Counted from the stretch's first letter, positions 36,208 through 47,883 are shown. The stretch: 64,000 nucleotides of DNA from Caulobacterales bacterium (GCA_038327995.1 JBBQLP010000010.1:3851-67850), one strand, 5' to 3'. The notes: generated by a model not told the origin, from the sequence alone. A program made the numbers and translations.

Positions 36208-39200
36208 TCAAACGTAGCTTTGCAGCGGCCGCACTTCCAGTTCCCCCTTTGCCAGGGCTTCGATGGCCTGCGCAGCCGCCAGCGCCCCTGCGGCGGTGGT
36301 GTAGTATGGGATTTTCATCATCAGGGCGGTGCGGCGAAGGGAGAAGCTGTCCTCCACCGACTGCTTGCCTTCGGTGGTGTTGAAGACGAGCTGCACATCG
36401 CCGTTCTTCATGGCGTCCACGATATTGGGCCGCCCCTCCAGCACTTTTTTGACCCGCTCGACCTTCAGGCCGTTGGCCTCGAGATGATCGGCGGTGCCGG
36501 AGGTGGAGATGATGTGGAAGCCCTGCTGGATCAGAAGCCGTGTTGGCTCCACGATCCACGGTTTGTCGGCTTCCTTCACTGATACGAAGGCGGCGCCTTT
36601 TGAGGGCAGCACCACCCCGCCGCCGAGCTGGCTTTTGGCGAAGGCGCGGGCGAAGGCGGCGGCGAACGGCTCGCCCTCCCGCATCCAGTCGAGCCCCATC
36701 ACCTCGCCGGTAGAGCGCATCTCGGGGCCGAGCAGAGTATCCACACCGGGGAAGCGGGCGAAGGGGAACACCGCCTCCTTCACCGCCACATGGTTGGTGG
36801 GAATGTTCTTGAGGTCGAAGTCGGCGAGGCGGGCGCCGGCCATCACCTTGGCGGCGATGGCGGCGACGGGGCGCTGGATGGCCTTGGCCACGAAGGGCAC
36901 GGTGCGACTGGCGCGGGGGTTGACCTCTAGCACATAGATGCGCGGCGTCTCGGAGTGCGGCTCCTCGATGGCGAATTGCACGTTCATCAGCCCCTTCACC
37001 TTTAGGGCGCGCGCCATGAGCTCGGTCTGGCGGTGCAGCTCAGTGATGGTGGCGGGGGTGAGCGAGAAGGGCGGCAGGGAACAGGCGCTGTCGCCCGAAT
37101 GCACCCCGGCCTCCTCGATATGCTCCATCACCCCGGCCACAAACACCGTCTCGCCGTCGCAGATGGCGTCCACGTCGACCTCGGTGGCGCGCGAGAGATA
37201 GTGGTCGAGCAAGATGGGGTGATCGGCGGAAATATCGCCGGCGTGGGCGATGTAACGCTCCAGATGCGCGTGATCGCGAATGATCTCCATGCCCCGTCCC
37301 CCCAACACATAGGAGGGGCGCATGACGAAGGGAAAGCCCAGCGTATCGGCGTGCCGGACCGCTTCGGGCCAAGTGCGGGCGGTCGCGTTGTCCGGCTGCA
37401 TCAGGCCGATCTCGTTGAGCATCCCCTGGAACCGTTCGCGGTCTTCGGCGAGGTCGATGGCGTCCGGCGAGGTGCCGAGGATGGGTACGCCCGCCTGTTC
37501 GAGCGGATGGGCGAGCTTCAGCGGTGTCTGTCCGCCGAACTGGACGATAACGCCGAGAAGCGTCCCGTTGGATTTCTCGACCTCGATCAATTCGAGCACG
37601 TCCTCGGCGGTCAGAGGCTCGAAATAGAGGCGGTCGGAGGTGTCGTAGTCGGTCGAAACAGTCTCGGGGTTGCAGTTGACCATGATGCTCTCGATTCCGA
37701 GGTCGGCGAGCGCAAAGGCGGCGTGGCAGCAGCAGTAATCGAACTCGATCCCCTGGCCGATCCGGTTCGGCCCACCGCCGAGGATGATCGCCTTCTTCCG
37801 GTCGGTGGGCGCGCTTTCGCACTCGGGGATCTGACCCAAAGCGCCGGTCTCGTAAGTGGAATACATATAAGGGGTGAGGGCCGCGAACTCGGCGGCGCAG
37901 CTATCCACCCGTTTGAACACGGGGCGCACGTTCAGGGCGTGCCGCGCCGCGCGAACGTCGGCCTCGCTGGCGTGGATCAAATGGGCGAGGCGGGCGTCGG
38001 AAAAGCCCATGCCCTTGAGGCGACGAAGCTCTGGCGCTTCGGTGGGAAGCCCGCCCGCGCGCACGCGCCCCTCGGCTTGCACGATCTCGGCGATCTGGCG
38101 CAGGAACCAGGGCTCGTAGCTGCACGCGGCGTTGATCTCCTCGACCGTCAGACCGTGGCGGAAGGCCTGGGCGATCACCAGGAGGCGGTCGGGCGCGGGC
38201 ACGCCGAGGCGGCGGGTCACCGCCGCCTTGCCGGTGTCGAAATCGTCGGCGCCGTCGATCACCACCTCGTCGAAGCCGGAGAGCCCGGTTTCCAGCCCGC
38301 GCAGGGCCTTCTGCACGCTTTCCTTGAAGGTGCGGCCCATGGCCATCACCTCGCCCACCGACTTCATGCTGGTGGTCAGGGTGGCTTCCGCGCCGGGGTA
38401 CTTCTCGAAGGCGAAGCGGGGGATTTTGGTGACCACATAGTCGATGGTGGGCTCAAACGCGGCGGGCGTGGCGCCGGTGATGTCATTGGTCAACTCGTCC
38501 AGGGTGTAGCCCACCGCTAGCCGCGCCGCGACCTTGGCTATGGGAAAGCCTGTGGCCTTGGACGCCAGCGCCGAGGAGCGCGACACCCTGGGGTTCATCT
38601 CGATCACCACCATCCGCCCGTCCTTGGGATTGACGGCGAACTGGACGTTGGAGCCGCCGGTCTCCACCCCGATCTCGCGCAGCACCGCGATGGAGGCCGA
38701 GCGCATCCACTGGTATTCCTTGTCGGTCAGCGTCAGGGCGGGCGCCACGGTGATGCTGTCGCCCGTGTGCACGCCCATGGGGTCGATGTTCTCGATGGAG
38801 CAGACGATGATGCAGTTGTCCGCCTTGTCGCGGACCACCTCCATTTCGAACTCTTTCCAGCCCAGGACGCTTTCCTCGATCAGCACCTCGGTGGTGGGCG
38901 ACAGGTCCAGCCCCCGCTCCACGATCTCGCGCACCTCCTCCATGTTGTAGGCGATGCCGCCGCCCGTTCCGGCCAGGGTGAAGGAAGGGCGGATCACAGC
39001 CGGCAAGCCCACAAATTCAATCGCCTCCGCAGCCTCGTCGATGTGGTGCACGGCCCGTGACTTGGGACTTTCCAGCCCCAGATGATCCATGGCGTCGCGG
39101 AATTTCTGCCGGTCCTCAGCCTTGTCGATCACCTCGGCCTTGGCGCCGATCATCTCCACGTCGTAGCGGGTGAGCGCGCCCGAGGCGTTGAGCGCCAGGG

Positions 39201-39510
39201 CGGTGTTCAGCGCCGTCTGGCCGCCCATGGTGGGGAGCAGAGCGAAGCCGCCGGGTATCGCATGGCGTTCCTTGGCGATGATCTTCTCGACGATCTCGGG
39301 GGTGATCGGCTCGATGTAGGTGGCGTCCGCGACCTCGGGATCGGTCATGATGGTGGCGGGGTTGGAGTTCACCAGAACGATCCGGTACCCCTCGGCCCGG
39401 AGCGCCTTGCACGCCTGAACCCCCGAATAATCGAACTCGCACGCCTGCCCAATGACGATCGGCCCCGCACCGATGATCAGGATGGTGGAGATGTCTGTGC
39501 GTTTGGGCAT
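36208..39510 (-). CDS. carB: carbamoyl-phosphate synthase large subunit
   Basis: 1100 aa. N-terminus: [30 protein letters not shown]. It has duplicated ATP-grasp halves and a C-terminal MGS-like domain. Confidence 0.96.
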   Translation of the reverse strand: MPKRTDISTILIIGAGPIVIGQACEFDYSGVQACKALRAEGYRIVLVNSNPATIMTDPEVADATYIEPITPEIVEKIIAKERHAIPGGFALLPTMGGQTALNTALALNASGALTRYDVEMIGAKAEVIDKAEDRQKFRDAMDHLGLESPKSRAVHHIDEAAEAIEFVGLPAVIRPSFTLAGTGGGIAYNMEEVREIVERGLDLSPTTEVLIEESVLGWKEFEMEVVRDKADNCIIVCSIENIDPMGVHTGDSITVAPALTLTDKEYQWMRSASIAVLREIGVETGGSNVQFAVNPKDGRMVVIEMNPRVSRSSALASKATGFPIAKVAARLAVGYTLDELTNDITGATPAAFEPTIDYVVTKIPRFAFEKYPGAEATLTTSMKSVGEVMAMGRTFKESVQKALRGLETGLSGFDEVVIDGADDFDTGKAAVTRRLGVPAPDRLLVIAQAFRHGLTVEEINAACSYEPWFLRQIAEIVQAEGRVRAGGLPTEAPELRRLKGMGFSDARLAHLIHASEADVRAARHALNVRPVFKRVDSCAAEFAALTPYMYSTYETGALGQIPECESAPTDRKKAIILGGGPNRIGQGIEFDYCCCHAAFALADLGIESIMVNCNPETVSTDYDTSDRLYFEPLTAEDVLELIEVEKSNGTLLGVIVQFGGQTPLKLAHPLEQAGVPILGTSPDAIDLAEDRERFQGMLNEIGLMQPDNATARTWPEAVRHADTLGFPFVMRPSYVLGGRGMEIIRDHAHLERYIAHAGDISADHPILLDHYLSRATEVDVDAICDGETVFVAGVMEHIEEAGVHSGDSACSLPPFSLTPATITELHRQTELMARALKVKGLMNVQFAIEEPHSETPRIYVLEVNPRASRTVPFVAKAIQRPVAAIAAKVMAGARLADFDLKNIPTNHVAVKEAVFPFARFPGVDTLLGPEMRSTGEVMGLDWMREGEPFAAAFARAFAKSQLGGGVVLPSKGAAFVSVKEADKPWIVEPTRLLIQQGFHIISTSGTADHLEANGLKVERVKKVLEGRPNIVDAMKNGDVQLVFNTTEGKQSVEDSFSLRRTALMMKIPYYTTAAGALAAAQAIEALAKGELEVRPLQSYV

Positions 39511-39729
39511 GGCTCGTCTCGTGCGCCAGAATGAGGCGTAGGGGATCGGACGCGCTGAGCGCGCCCTAGCCTGCGTAGCTGCGGGTTAAGCGGGCGGTTT
39601 AGAGGCGCTTGCCACGGGGGGCAACCCCGCTCGGGCCACGCGCGGGGATGAACGATGGGTGAGCGGCTCCATCCGTCCGGGTTCAGACGGCGCGCCCTAT
39701 CCTTGTGCTCGAAAGTGAGGGAGAGCGCC

Positions 39730-39936
39730 ATGCGGTGCACATCCGACGATATTCGCAAGGAACACGAAGAGACGATGGCCTCGCTGACCCCGGCCCAGCG
39801 CCGGGCGCTCGACAGGCTGGCGCGGGCGCGCCGCCTCGCCGCTTTCAACCACCGTAAGCCCGCCGAGAACCTGACGGCGCTGTTCGAGGTGGAGGCAGGG
39901 GAGCGCGGTGCGCGGGTACTGGATGTGGCGGCTTAG
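39730..39936 (+). CDS. hypothetical small protein (68 aa)
   Basis: The ATG at 39730 is preceded by GAGGGAG. Third-position G/C bias is strong (about 85 percent by my count). I recognise no motif. Confidence 0.4.
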   Translation: MRCTSDDIRKEHEETMASLTPAQRRALDRLARARRLAAFNHRKPAENLTALFEVEAGERGARVLDVAA

Positions 39937-39991
39937 AGATTCAAGTTCCTATCCTGCCCAGGCGTCACCCCTCCCCGAAAGAGAGAGGACA

Positions 39992-40951
39992 TCACTCTCC
40001 CAGCTTCTCCTTCAGGAACGCCACCGCCCTAGGCCAACCGTCTGCGCGTGCCGCAGCATTGCCGTCCGCGCTCCCGCCAAGAGAGCCAAGATTGGCGTAG
40101 TTAGGATTGGACTTCTCCACCGGCGGGCCGAACACACCGTGCCCGGCGTCGGCGTAGCGCAGCACCACGGGGGCCGGGCGCCCTTTGGCCTTCAGCCGCG
40201 CGACCACCTGGTCGGTCATCGCGCAAGAGGGCCACAGGCTGTCGGCCTCGCCGCACACCAGCATGATCGCGCCGGTGATCTTCTCCACCGGGGTTATCGC
40301 CTCGGGATGGGCCTCAACCGCCTTGAAGCCATCGTTGTAGATGTCGAACACGCTGTGAGTGTTGGGGCCGAAGGCGTAGGGCAGGTAGGCGATAGGCTGG
40401 CCGTTCAGGGTCCATGACGCCGCCATGGTCGGGGCGTAGTTGATCCCCGGCCAGGAGACGCTGGAGGGCATGGTGGAGATCACCGCCCTGATGCCCGGCT
40501 CGCGCGCCGCCACGATCAGCACCGCCTCGCCGCCTTTGGAGCCGCCCACGATGCCGATGCGGCTCGGGTCTACCCCAGGCTGGGCTCGCAGGTACGCGAG
40601 GCCCTTGGTAAAGGTCTCCAGCGGCACGTTCACCAGCATGGCGGGCTCGCCCGGCGCTCCGAAATAGGAGAGCTGCAGGACGTTGAAACCGGCCTTTTGA
40701 AGCTCCAGGGCCTCGCGCATGGCGCCCTTGCCGAGCCCACCTTCCGAGCCGCCTAGCAGCAGCACGCCTGCCTGCCTGCCCGAACCCGGCGCCGCGAACC
40801 AGTTCCCGAACACCCCGTCCTTGTCGATGCGAACGCCCTGAGGCGCTGGATCGCTGATGACGATGGGTGGCGCCGTCGGGATTTGCGCTGCGATGGGAGT
40901 GGAAACCAGCGCCGCCAGCGCCGCCGCTGTACCGAGTATGATCGTCCGCAT
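39992..40951 (-). CDS. secreted alpha/beta hydrolase (dienelactone hydrolase / BAAT C-terminal-like)
   Basis: It has a signal peptide and the nucleophile elbow GGSKGGE. Catalytic Asp and His candidates are CGEADSLW and DAGHG. Confidence 0.75.
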   Translation of the reverse strand: MRTIILGTAAALAALVSTPIAAQIPTAPPIVISDPAPQGVRIDKDGVFGNWFAAPGSGRQAGVLLLGGSEGGLGKGAMREALELQKAGFNVLQLSYFGAPGEPAMLVNVPLETFTKGLAYLRAQPGVDPSRIGIVGGSKGGEAVLIVAAREPGIRAVISTMPSSVSWPGINYAPTMAASWTLNGQPIAYLPYAFGPNTHSVFDIYNDGFKAVEAHPEAITPVEKITGAIMLVCGEADSLWPSCAMTDQVVARLKAKGRPAPVVLRYADAGHGVFGPPVEKSNPNYANLGSLGGSADGNAAARADGWPRAVAFLKEKLGE

Positions 40952-41080
40952 AAGACCTCCTGTGGAACTGTGGGGCCGCCCCTTGGGGGCGTCGCAAGCG
41001 GGAAATGTGTGGTTCTTCTATCGTAAAAAAGAACTTTGCATATTAAAGTATAAGAGTAAAGGGGGTTTTCGCTCCTACCC

Positions 41081-42382
41081 TCAATCGATCAACCGCGCGC
41101 CCCGTTCCGAGGTCAGATAGCGCCACACCCACTGCGCCGCCACGGAGACGCGGCGGTCGAAGCCGATCAGCAGATAAACGTGCACCAGTCCCCACAACAC
41201 CCACGCCGGGCCGCCCCTGAGCTTCAAGGGGCCGATCACGAACACCGCAGAGGAGCGCCCGATCACAGCCGTGTCGCCCCGGCTGCGGTAGCGGAAACGC
41301 CCTAGCTTCATCGATCCGGCCTTGAGTTTGGCGGTCGACTTGCGCGCGAGTTGCCGCGCCAGATGCTGGCCTTGCTGTTTCGCCACCTGCGCCAGCGCCG
41401 GTAGCGGCCTGCCGCCCTGCTCCAGAAGAGCTAGGTCGCCAAGCACATAGATGCGGTCCAGGCCCGGAACCGATAGGTCCCGGTTTACTGCGATCCGCCC
41501 CAACCGGTCCGGCTCCACCCCCAGCCACGCCGCGCCCGCCGCCGCGCGGATGCCCGCGCCCCAGACGATGGCGGAGGTTTCGATCCGTTCACCCGCCGCC
41601 ATAATTGCATGCGCCTCGATACTGTCCACGCGGGTGTTCAGCCGCACCTCCACCCCGATCTCCTGAAGGGCCTTCAGCGTGTAGCGTTGCAGGGTCTCGG
41701 GGAAGGCGGCGAGGACGCGCGGCCCCGCCTCGATCAGGATCACCCGCGCCCAGCGGGGATCGATGCGGCGGAAGTCCTTGGCCAGCGTGTAGCGGGCCAG
41801 TTCTGCGATGGTGCCCGCCATCTCCACCCCCGTCGGACCGCCGCCGATGACGACGATGGTGAGCAGGGCCTTGCGGCGTTCCGGGTCGGCGGTGGTCTCC
41901 GCCTCCTCGAAGGCGCGAAGCAGGCGGGCACGGATGGTGCGGGCGTTCTCGATCGTCTTCAGGCCCGGGGCGTATTCGGCCCAGGCCTCCATGCCGAAAT
42001 AGTGATACATCGAGCCGGTAGCGAGGATCAGTGCGTCGTAGGGCAGATGCCCTCCGTCCTTCAGCCGCACCCGCCGCGCGGCGGTGTCCACCCCCTCTAC
42101 TTCGCCCAGCACGGTGTCGATATTGGGACAGGCCGCCAGCACCCGGCGGATCGGCGCGGCGATATCTGCGGGCGAGAGCGCGGCGGTCGCCACCTGATAG
42201 AGCAGCGGTACAAACAGGTGATAGTTGCGCTGGTCCACCACCGTCACCCGGTGGCTGGAGCGTCCGAGCCCCTTGGCCAGCGCCAGCCCCCCAAACCCCG
42301 CTCCAACAATCACAATGTGAGCCGCCTCGCCCACCGGCGCCGGGGTGCGGTCTTCATCGGGAGAGGGGTGGGTCTCCAGCAT
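41081..42382 (-). CDS. ndh: type II NADH dehydrogenase (NDH-2)
   Basis: It has two Rossmann motifs (IVIVGAGFGGLA and VVIGGGPTGVEMAG), plus GDLA and a C-terminal membrane-anchoring helix. Confidence 0.88.
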   Translation of the reverse strand: MLETHPSPDEDRTPAPVGEAAHIVIVGAGFGGLALAKGLGRSSHRVTVVDQRNYHLFVPLLYQVATAALSPADIAAPIRRVLAACPNIDTVLGEVEGVDTAARRVRLKDGGHLPYDALILATGSMYHYFGMEAWAEYAPGLKTIENARTIRARLLRAFEEAETTADPERRKALLTIVVIGGGPTGVEMAGTIAELARYTLAKDFRRIDPRWARVILIEAGPRVLAAFPETLQRYTLKALQEIGVEVRLNTRVDSIEAHAIMAAGERIETSAIVWGAGIRAAAGAAWLGVEPDRLGRIAVNRDLSVPGLDRIYVLGDLALLEQGGRPLPALAQVAKQQGQHLARQLARKSTAKLKAGSMKLGRFRYRSRGDTAVIGRSSAVFVIGPLKLRGGPAWVLWGLVHVYLLIGFDRRVSVAAQWVWRYLTSERGARLID

Positions 42383-42426
42383 CGCAGGAAGCTTAGCAGA
42401 TCAGAAGGGCGCGGACGAGGCGCCGT

Positions 42427-43590
42427 TCAGCGCGCATCCATCAATGCTGCGAACCGGTCGAAGAGGTAGAGACTATCCGTCGGTCCCGGAGAGGCTTCAG
42501 GATGGTGTTGGACGCTGAACACCGAGCGGCCTTCGAGAGCGATGCCCGCGTTGGTGCCGTCGAACAGGCTGACGTGCGTCTCGCGCACGGCTTTCGGTAA
42601 AGTGTCCCTGTCCACCGTGAAGCCGTGATTCATCGAAACAATCTCAACCTTGCCCGTATCGAGGTCCTTCACCGGATGGTTGGCCCCGTGGTGGCCCTGA
42701 TCCATCTTCGTAGTCCTTGCGCCGAGCGCCAGCGCCAGCATCTGGTGACCGAGACAGATGCCGAAGGTGGGAACACCGCTGTCGATGATCTTCCTGATCT
42801 CGGGCACCGCGTATTCTCCCGTCGCCGCCGGATCGCCGGGGCCGTTGGAGAGCAAGACCCCATCGGGTTTCCTGGCTAGCACCTCCTCCGCCGAGGTAGA
42901 GGCGGGCAGCACCGTAGCGCGCGCGCCGATGGAGGTCAGGGCTCTGAGGATGTTGCGCTTGATGCCGTAGTCCAGCACCACGACCTCGTATTTTGGTGCG
43001 GGACGGGGCTTGGCGTAGCCCTCCGGCCAACGCCACAGTCCCTCGTCGAAGGTGAAGCTCTGAAGCGTGGTGGCGTCCTTCGCCAGATCGAGCCCCACCA
43101 GACCGCTCCACGCCCGTGCTTGCGCCACCAGCGCATCGAGGTCGAATGCGCCGTCAGGATCGTGGGCTATCACCCCATGCGGCATCCCCTTTTCGCGGAC
43201 GGCGCGGGTGAGGGCGCGTGTGTCGACTCCCGACATCGCCACCACCCCGCGCGCCTTCATCCAGGCGTCCAACGCACCTGTGGAGCGCCAGTTGGCCGGA
43301 TCGGTCGGCAGGTCGCGGAAGATCGCGCCTCGCGCCGTGGTGCGCGCGCCTTCTCCAAACTGCTCGGTGTCCTCCAGATTCACGCCCACGTTGCCGATGT
43401 GTGGAAACGTGAAGGTGATGATCTGGGCCATGTACGACGGATCGGTCAGGATTTCCTGATACCCGGTCATGGCGGTGTTGAAACACACCTCGCCCACCGC
43501 CTTCCCCACAGAGCCGACGCCGATCCCCTGGAGGATCGTTCCATCCGCCAGGGCCAGCACGCCCGTCGCTCCGCTCAGCATCTTGGTCAT
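42427..43590 (-). CDS. carA: carbamoyl-phosphate synthase small subunit
   Basis: It has the CPSase small-chain N-terminal domain and a class I glutamine amidotransferase with GICLGHQ and HHPE. Confidence 0.95.
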   Translation of the reverse strand: MTKMLSGATGVLALADGTILQGIGVGSVGKAVGEVCFNTAMTGYQEILTDPSYMAQIITFTFPHIGNVGVNLEDTEQFGEGARTTARGAIFRDLPTDPANWRSTGALDAWMKARGVVAMSGVDTRALTRAVREKGMPHGVIAHDPDGAFDLDALVAQARAWSGLVGLDLAKDATTLQSFTFDEGLWRWPEGYAKPRPAPKYEVVVLDYGIKRNILRALTSIGARATVLPASTSAEEVLARKPDGVLLSNGPGDPAATGEYAVPEIRKIIDSGVPTFGICLGHQMLALALGARTTKMDQGHHGANHPVKDLDTGKVEIVSMNHGFTVDRDTLPKAVRETHVSLFDGTNAGIALEGRSVFSVQHHPEASPGPTDSLYLFDRFAALMDAR

Positions 43591-43728
43591 GGCAGAAGAC
43601 TCCTTTTAGGCGCGATCGAGGCAAGCGGCAAACGGGCGCGGGTGTAGGGACGCGCGGCCTTGGGGTCAATCTAGGCGCTTGGGAACAGTGGAGGTAGGCA
43701 CCAGCTCCAATCTGCAAACGCCCAGGTG

Positions 43729-44175
43729 TCATCTCGAATGCAGGTAAGGCCATAGGGTGAGCATACCGATACAGGCAGCGCTGATGGCGGTGAAGAGAAC
43801 AGCGCCAGCGGCGACGTCCTTGGCGTGTTTTACGATGATGCTAGGGCTCGGCGAAACCAGATCACAGATGCGCTCCACGGCGGTGTTGAAGGCTTCCGCC
43901 GCCCAGACCATGAAAATGGCCGCGACCACCCATCGCCAGTCGGCGGCGGAGATATTCAAGAAGACCGAGACGGCGATGACCGCTAATGTCGCCGCAGCAT
44001 GGATCCAGGCGTTGTGCTGGCTTCTCAGCAGAAAGCCGATCCCCGACAAGGCGTAACCAAAGCTTCGGACACGCGCGCTGATCGAAAAGCTGTCGGTACT
44101 GGGGCGCAGGTCGCTCAATGCAAAGTCTCCTGTGGCGCGTTTCGTTTCTTCGAAAGTCGGGCTGTCCGGGCGCAC
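43729..44175 (-). CDS. dgkA: diacylglycerol kinase family protein (DgkA-like)
   Basis: It has three TM helices and the conserved EAFNTAVE motif. The size is small and the N-terminal extension makes the start uncertain. Confidence 0.78.
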   Translation of the reverse strand: MRPDSPTFEETKRATGDFALSDLRPSTDSFSISARVRSFGYALSGIGFLLRSQHNAWIHAAATLAVIAVSVFLNISAADWRWVVAAIFMVWAAEAFNTAVERICDLVSPSPSIIVKHAKDVAAGAVLFTAISAACIGMLTLWPYLHSR

Positions 44176-44181
44176 TATCCC

Positions 44182-45732
44182 CTAGACAATCCGGCTCTCC
44201 TTGCCCCAGTAGGCGTCGCGGATCAGGCGTTTGTAGAGCTTGCCGGTGGGGTGGCGGGGAAGCTCGGCCATGAAGTCGATGCGGCGCGGCGCCTTGATGT
44301 GGCTGAGGTTGGCGCGGGCGTAGGCCATGAGCTCGGCGGCGAGGTCGGGGGTGGGTTCAACCCCAGGCATCGGCTGAATTACCGCGATCACCTCCTCGCC
44401 CATCTCCTCGTGCGGGCCGCCGACCACTGCGACATCGGCCACCTTGGGATGGCCGACCAACAGGTTCTCGATCTCTTGCGGATAGATGTTCACCCCGCCC
44501 GAGATGATCATGAAGCTTTTGCGGTCGGTGAGATAGAGATAGCCCTCCTCATCAACCCAGCCCACGTCGCCAAGGGTGGACCAGCCGTGTTTGTTGCGGC
44601 TTTCGGCGGTCTTCTGCGGGTCGCCGTGATACTCGAACTGCCCCCCGCCGGCGAAGAAGACCATGCCCTCTGTGCGCGGCGGCAGGGGCTCGCCCTCGTC
44701 GTCGCAGATCATCACCTGCGCGGTCAGCCCCTTGCCCACCGATCCTTTGTGCGTCAGCCACTCTGGCGAGGCGATGGCGGTGAAGCCGTTGCCTTCGGTG
44801 CCCGCGTAGTATTCGTGGATAATCGGCCCCCACCATTCGATCATCTTCTCCTTCACTGGCACCGGGCACGGCGCGGCAGCGTGGAAGACCCCGGTGAGCG
44901 AGGATAGGTCGTAGCGGCTGCGCACCTCCTCGGGCAGCTTCAGCATCCGCACGAAATGGGTCGGCACCCACTGGGCGGTAGTGATTTTGTATGTCTCGAT
45001 CAGGCGAAGCGCGTCTTCGACGTCGAACTTCTTCATCACCACCACCGTCCCGCCGGTGGCGTGCATGGCCATGGTCCAGCCCAGCGGCGCGGCGTGATAG
45101 AGAGGGGCTGGAGAGAGGTAGATCGAGTCCTCCGTCCATCCGTAGAGCGCGGCCCCGATCCCGGCCAGGGGGCTGGGGGCGTCGATGCCGCCGTCTACCG
45201 CGATCAGGCTGGAGGTCCCGCGCTTGACCCCTTTGGGCCGCCCGGTGGTGCCGGAGGAGTAGAGCATGGCCGAACCGATGCTCTCATCCGCGATGCGGGT
45301 GGTGGGCATGGCGGCACGGGCGTCTTCATAGCTCTGGAACGGCGCGTGCGTTTCTCCGACCATATAAAGCTTCACGCCGTTGATAAGCGGCGCAACCGCA
45401 TCGGCCACTGAGGCGAGCGAAGCCGAGGTGACGAACACCTTCGCCGCACAATCCCTGACGATATATTCGACCTCGCTCGTGGTCAGCTTGGACGAGATGC
45501 AGGTGAACAAAAGTCCTGAGCGCTGGGCCGCCCACAGGATCTCGAAATAGCGCGGGTGGTTCTCCAGGAAGATGGCGATGGCGTCCCCCGCCTCTAGCCC
45601 CATGGCGCGGAACAGATGCGCCCCCTGATTGGACCGGTCTTCGAGTTCGGCATACGTGACCGTCTCGCCTGAGCCCGCCATGATGTAGGCGGGCTTGTCG
45701 GGGGTCGAAACTGCGTGATGGAAAGGGTGCAA
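44182..45732 (-). CDS. acyl-CoA synthetase / AMP-dependent ligase
   Basis: It has the AMP-binding motif MLYSSGTTGRPKGV. It also has YYAGTEG, GDVGWVDEEGYLYLTDR and PRHPTGKLYKR. Confidence 0.9.
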   Translation of the reverse strand: MHPFHHAVSTPDKPAYIMAGSGETVTYAELEDRSNQGAHLFRAMGLEAGDAIAIFLENHPRYFEILWAAQRSGLLFTCISSKLTTSEVEYIVRDCAAKVFVTSASLASVADAVAPLINGVKLYMVGETHAPFQSYEDARAAMPTTRIADESIGSAMLYSSGTTGRPKGVKRGTSSLIAVDGGIDAPSPLAGIGAALYGWTEDSIYLSPAPLYHAAPLGWTMAMHATGGTVVVMKKFDVEDALRLIETYKITTAQWVPTHFVRMLKLPEEVRSRYDLSSLTGVFHAAAPCPVPVKEKMIEWWGPIIHEYYAGTEGNGFTAIASPEWLTHKGSVGKGLTAQVMICDDEGEPLPPRTEGMVFFAGGGQFEYHGDPQKTAESRNKHGWSTLGDVGWVDEEGYLYLTDRKSFMIISGGVNIYPQEIENLLVGHPKVADVAVVGGPHEEMGEEVIAVIQPMPGVEPTPDLAAELMAYARANLSHIKAPRRIDFMAELPRHPTGKLYKRLIRDAYWGKESRIV

Positions 45733-45737
45733 GCGGA

Positions 45738-46199
45738 CTAGGCCCGCACCTGGTTGACGGTGATCTGCTGACTGTTGGCGCCGCTCTTGACGATAAATGA
45801 GGTCTCCGAATAGCTCGGCACATGAGAGGGGCTGTCCATGATGACATGGTTGGAGAAACCGATGCTGTCGTTGCCGGGATCGTATTTGCCGTTGCCGTCC
45901 ATGTCGTAGAAGGCCTTGATGGCGTAACGCCCCGGTGCAACATCAGTGAAGCTGAGATCGATGGATGCGCTGTCGGCATCGACCTTGGTCGACTGGACGG
46001 CCTTGCCAGCGTCGTAGTTGTCGCTGCTGTCGAACAGCAACACAGCCACCGCGCCCTTGTGCGCCGTCAGGCCGCGCAGGTGAATGCTGATCGTGGCTGT
46101 GGAGGCGGCAGCGGCGGCGGGAGCCGCAGTCTGGGCGATGGCGCTGTAGCCAGAGAGCAAAGCGGCGGCGGCGGCGACGGCAAACAGGGTTTTACGCAT
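45738..46199 (-). CDS. DUF2141-domain exported protein
   Basis: It has a signal peptide. The pattern is KGAVAVLLFDS...AFYDMDGNGKYD...G...E..GFSN. The family is recalled from memory. Confidence 0.65.
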   Translation of the reverse strand: MRKTLFAVAAAAALLSGYSAIAQTAAPAAAAASTATISIHLRGLTAHKGAVAVLLFDSSDNYDAGKAVQSTKVDADSASIDLSFTDVAPGRYAIKAFYDMDGNGKYDPGNDSIGFSNHVIMDSPSHVPSYSETSFIVKSGANSQQITVNQVRA

Positions 46200-46230
46200 T
46201 TTGTGGCTCCTTTGCGGGGTTGATAGAAGG

Positions 46231-47883
46231 TCAGGCGGCGATCGCCGCCGCAGATTTACCCAGGATCATATCCGAGGCTTTCTCGGCGATCATCATGGTG
46301 GGGGCGTTGGTGTTGCCGGAAACGAGGCGCGGCATGACAGAGGCGTCGACGACCCTGAGGCCCTCCACCCCCCTCACCCGAAGCTGCGAATCCACCACCG
46401 CCATTGGGCCGGAGCCCATCATGCACGTGCCCACCGGGTGGTAGATGGTCGTCCCCGCCAGCTTCGCATAGGCGAGCAGATGGGCGTCGGACGGCATATC
46501 CGGGCCAGGCAGGATTTCATGCTCGATGTAGGGCGCCAGCGCAGGCTGAGCGGCGATGGTCCGACCCCACTTCAGCGATGCGACCGCCACCTCCTGATCC
46601 AGCGAGTCGGACAAGTAGTTTGGTGCGATCGCCGGGTAGGCCGACCCGTCCGGCGACTTGATGCGGATCGTTCCTCGGCTTTCCGGGCGAAGCTGGCACG
46701 GCGCGATGGTCAGGCCCGGCGCGTCTTCCAGCACCATCTTCTGCTCTTCCGCCAGCTTTTGTGCGTTCATGGTGGCGGGCAGGATGTGGAACTGGATGTC
46801 CGGCCCCGACAGGTCCCGGCGCGACTTGCAAAATACGGCGATGTGGGCCGCCGAGAGTGTCAGAAGGCCCTTGCGCTGGAACAGGTATTTGACAGTCTCG
46901 CCTACCATCCGGGCGCCCTTGGAAAGCTCGTTGACGCTGATGGTCCCGGCCTTCAAGCGATATTGCTGGGGGATCACATAGTGGTCCTGAAGGTTTTCGC
47001 CGACGCCGGGCAGGTCGGACACTACCGCAATGCCATGCTCGGTCAGAAGCGCGCCGGGACCGACGCCCGATATCTGCAAAAGCTGGGGCGAATTGATCGC
47101 GCCTCCGGCCAGCAGAACCTCGGCCTTGGCCATGGCCACCACCGTCTTGCCGTTCTGGGTGAACTCCACGCCCACAGCTCGCTTGCCCTCGAACAGGATG
47201 CGGGTGGCCAAGGCATTGGTCTCGACGCTGAGGTTGGGCCGGCCCATGGCCGGATGCAGGTAGGCCACTGCCGCCGAGCAGCGTTGGCCGTTCTTCACAG
47301 TGAGCTGATAGTAGGCGACCCCTTCCTGGTCGCCGCCGTTGGGGTCGTTCCTGGGCAGGCCCGCCTCGACACAGGCATCGATCACCGCGTCGGAGACCGG
47401 GTGGGTTTCCGTGACGTCCGAGACGTTCAGCGGGCCGCCCGTGGCGTTCAGGGCGTCGGCGCCGCGCTCCTGATGCTGCGAGCGACGGAAATAGGGCAAC
47501 ACGTCGTCCCAGCCCCACCCCTCGCACCCCAGTTGCCGCCAGCCGTCATAATCCGCGTGCTGGCCGCGAATGTAGAGCAGGCCATTGATCGACGATGACC
47601 CTCCCAAAACCTTGCCACGCGGCCACACGTGGGAGCGCCCGTCCTTGTCCGGCTCGGTCTGATAGAGCCAGTTGACCTTGGGGTCCTTCAAGGTCTGCGC
47701 ATAACCCACCGGGATGTGAATCATCAGGTTGGACATGAACTGCGAAAGATTGTGCGTCGGTCGGTCGTCGCCGCCCGCCTCCAGCAGCAGCACCTTGAAC
47801 CGCCCATCGGCTGAGAGCCGGTTCGCCAGCACGCATCCCGCCGAGCCCGCGCCTACGATCACATAATCGGCTTCCAGGTTCAT
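46231..47883 (-). CDS. GMC-family FAD oxidoreductase (choline dehydrogenase-like)
   Basis: It has the N-terminal FAD motif DYVIVGAGSAGCVLANRLS, GGSSSINGLLYIRG and the C-terminal HPVGTCMMG. Confidence 0.9.
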   Translation of the reverse strand: MNLEADYVIVGAGSAGCVLANRLSADGRFKVLLLEAGGDDRPTHNLSQFMSNLMIHIPVGYAQTLKDPKVNWLYQTEPDKDGRSHVWPRGKVLGGSSSINGLLYIRGQHADYDGWRQLGCEGWGWDDVLPYFRRSQHQERGADALNATGGPLNVSDVTETHPVSDAVIDACVEAGLPRNDPNGGDQEGVAYYQLTVKNGQRCSAAVAYLHPAMGRPNLSVETNALATRILFEGKRAVGVEFTQNGKTVVAMAKAEVLLAGGAINSPQLLQISGVGPGALLTEHGIAVVSDLPGVGENLQDHYVIPQQYRLKAGTISVNELSKGARMVGETVKYLFQRKGLLTLSAAHIAVFCKSRRDLSGPDIQFHILPATMNAQKLAEEQKMVLEDAPGLTIAPCQLRPESRGTIRIKSPDGSAYPAIAPNYLSDSLDQEVAVASLKWGRTIAAQPALAPYIEHEILPGPDMPSDAHLLAYAKLAGTTIYHPVGTCMMGSGPMAVVDSQLRVRGVEGLRVVDASVMPRLVSGNTNAPTMMIAEKASDMILGKSAAAIAA

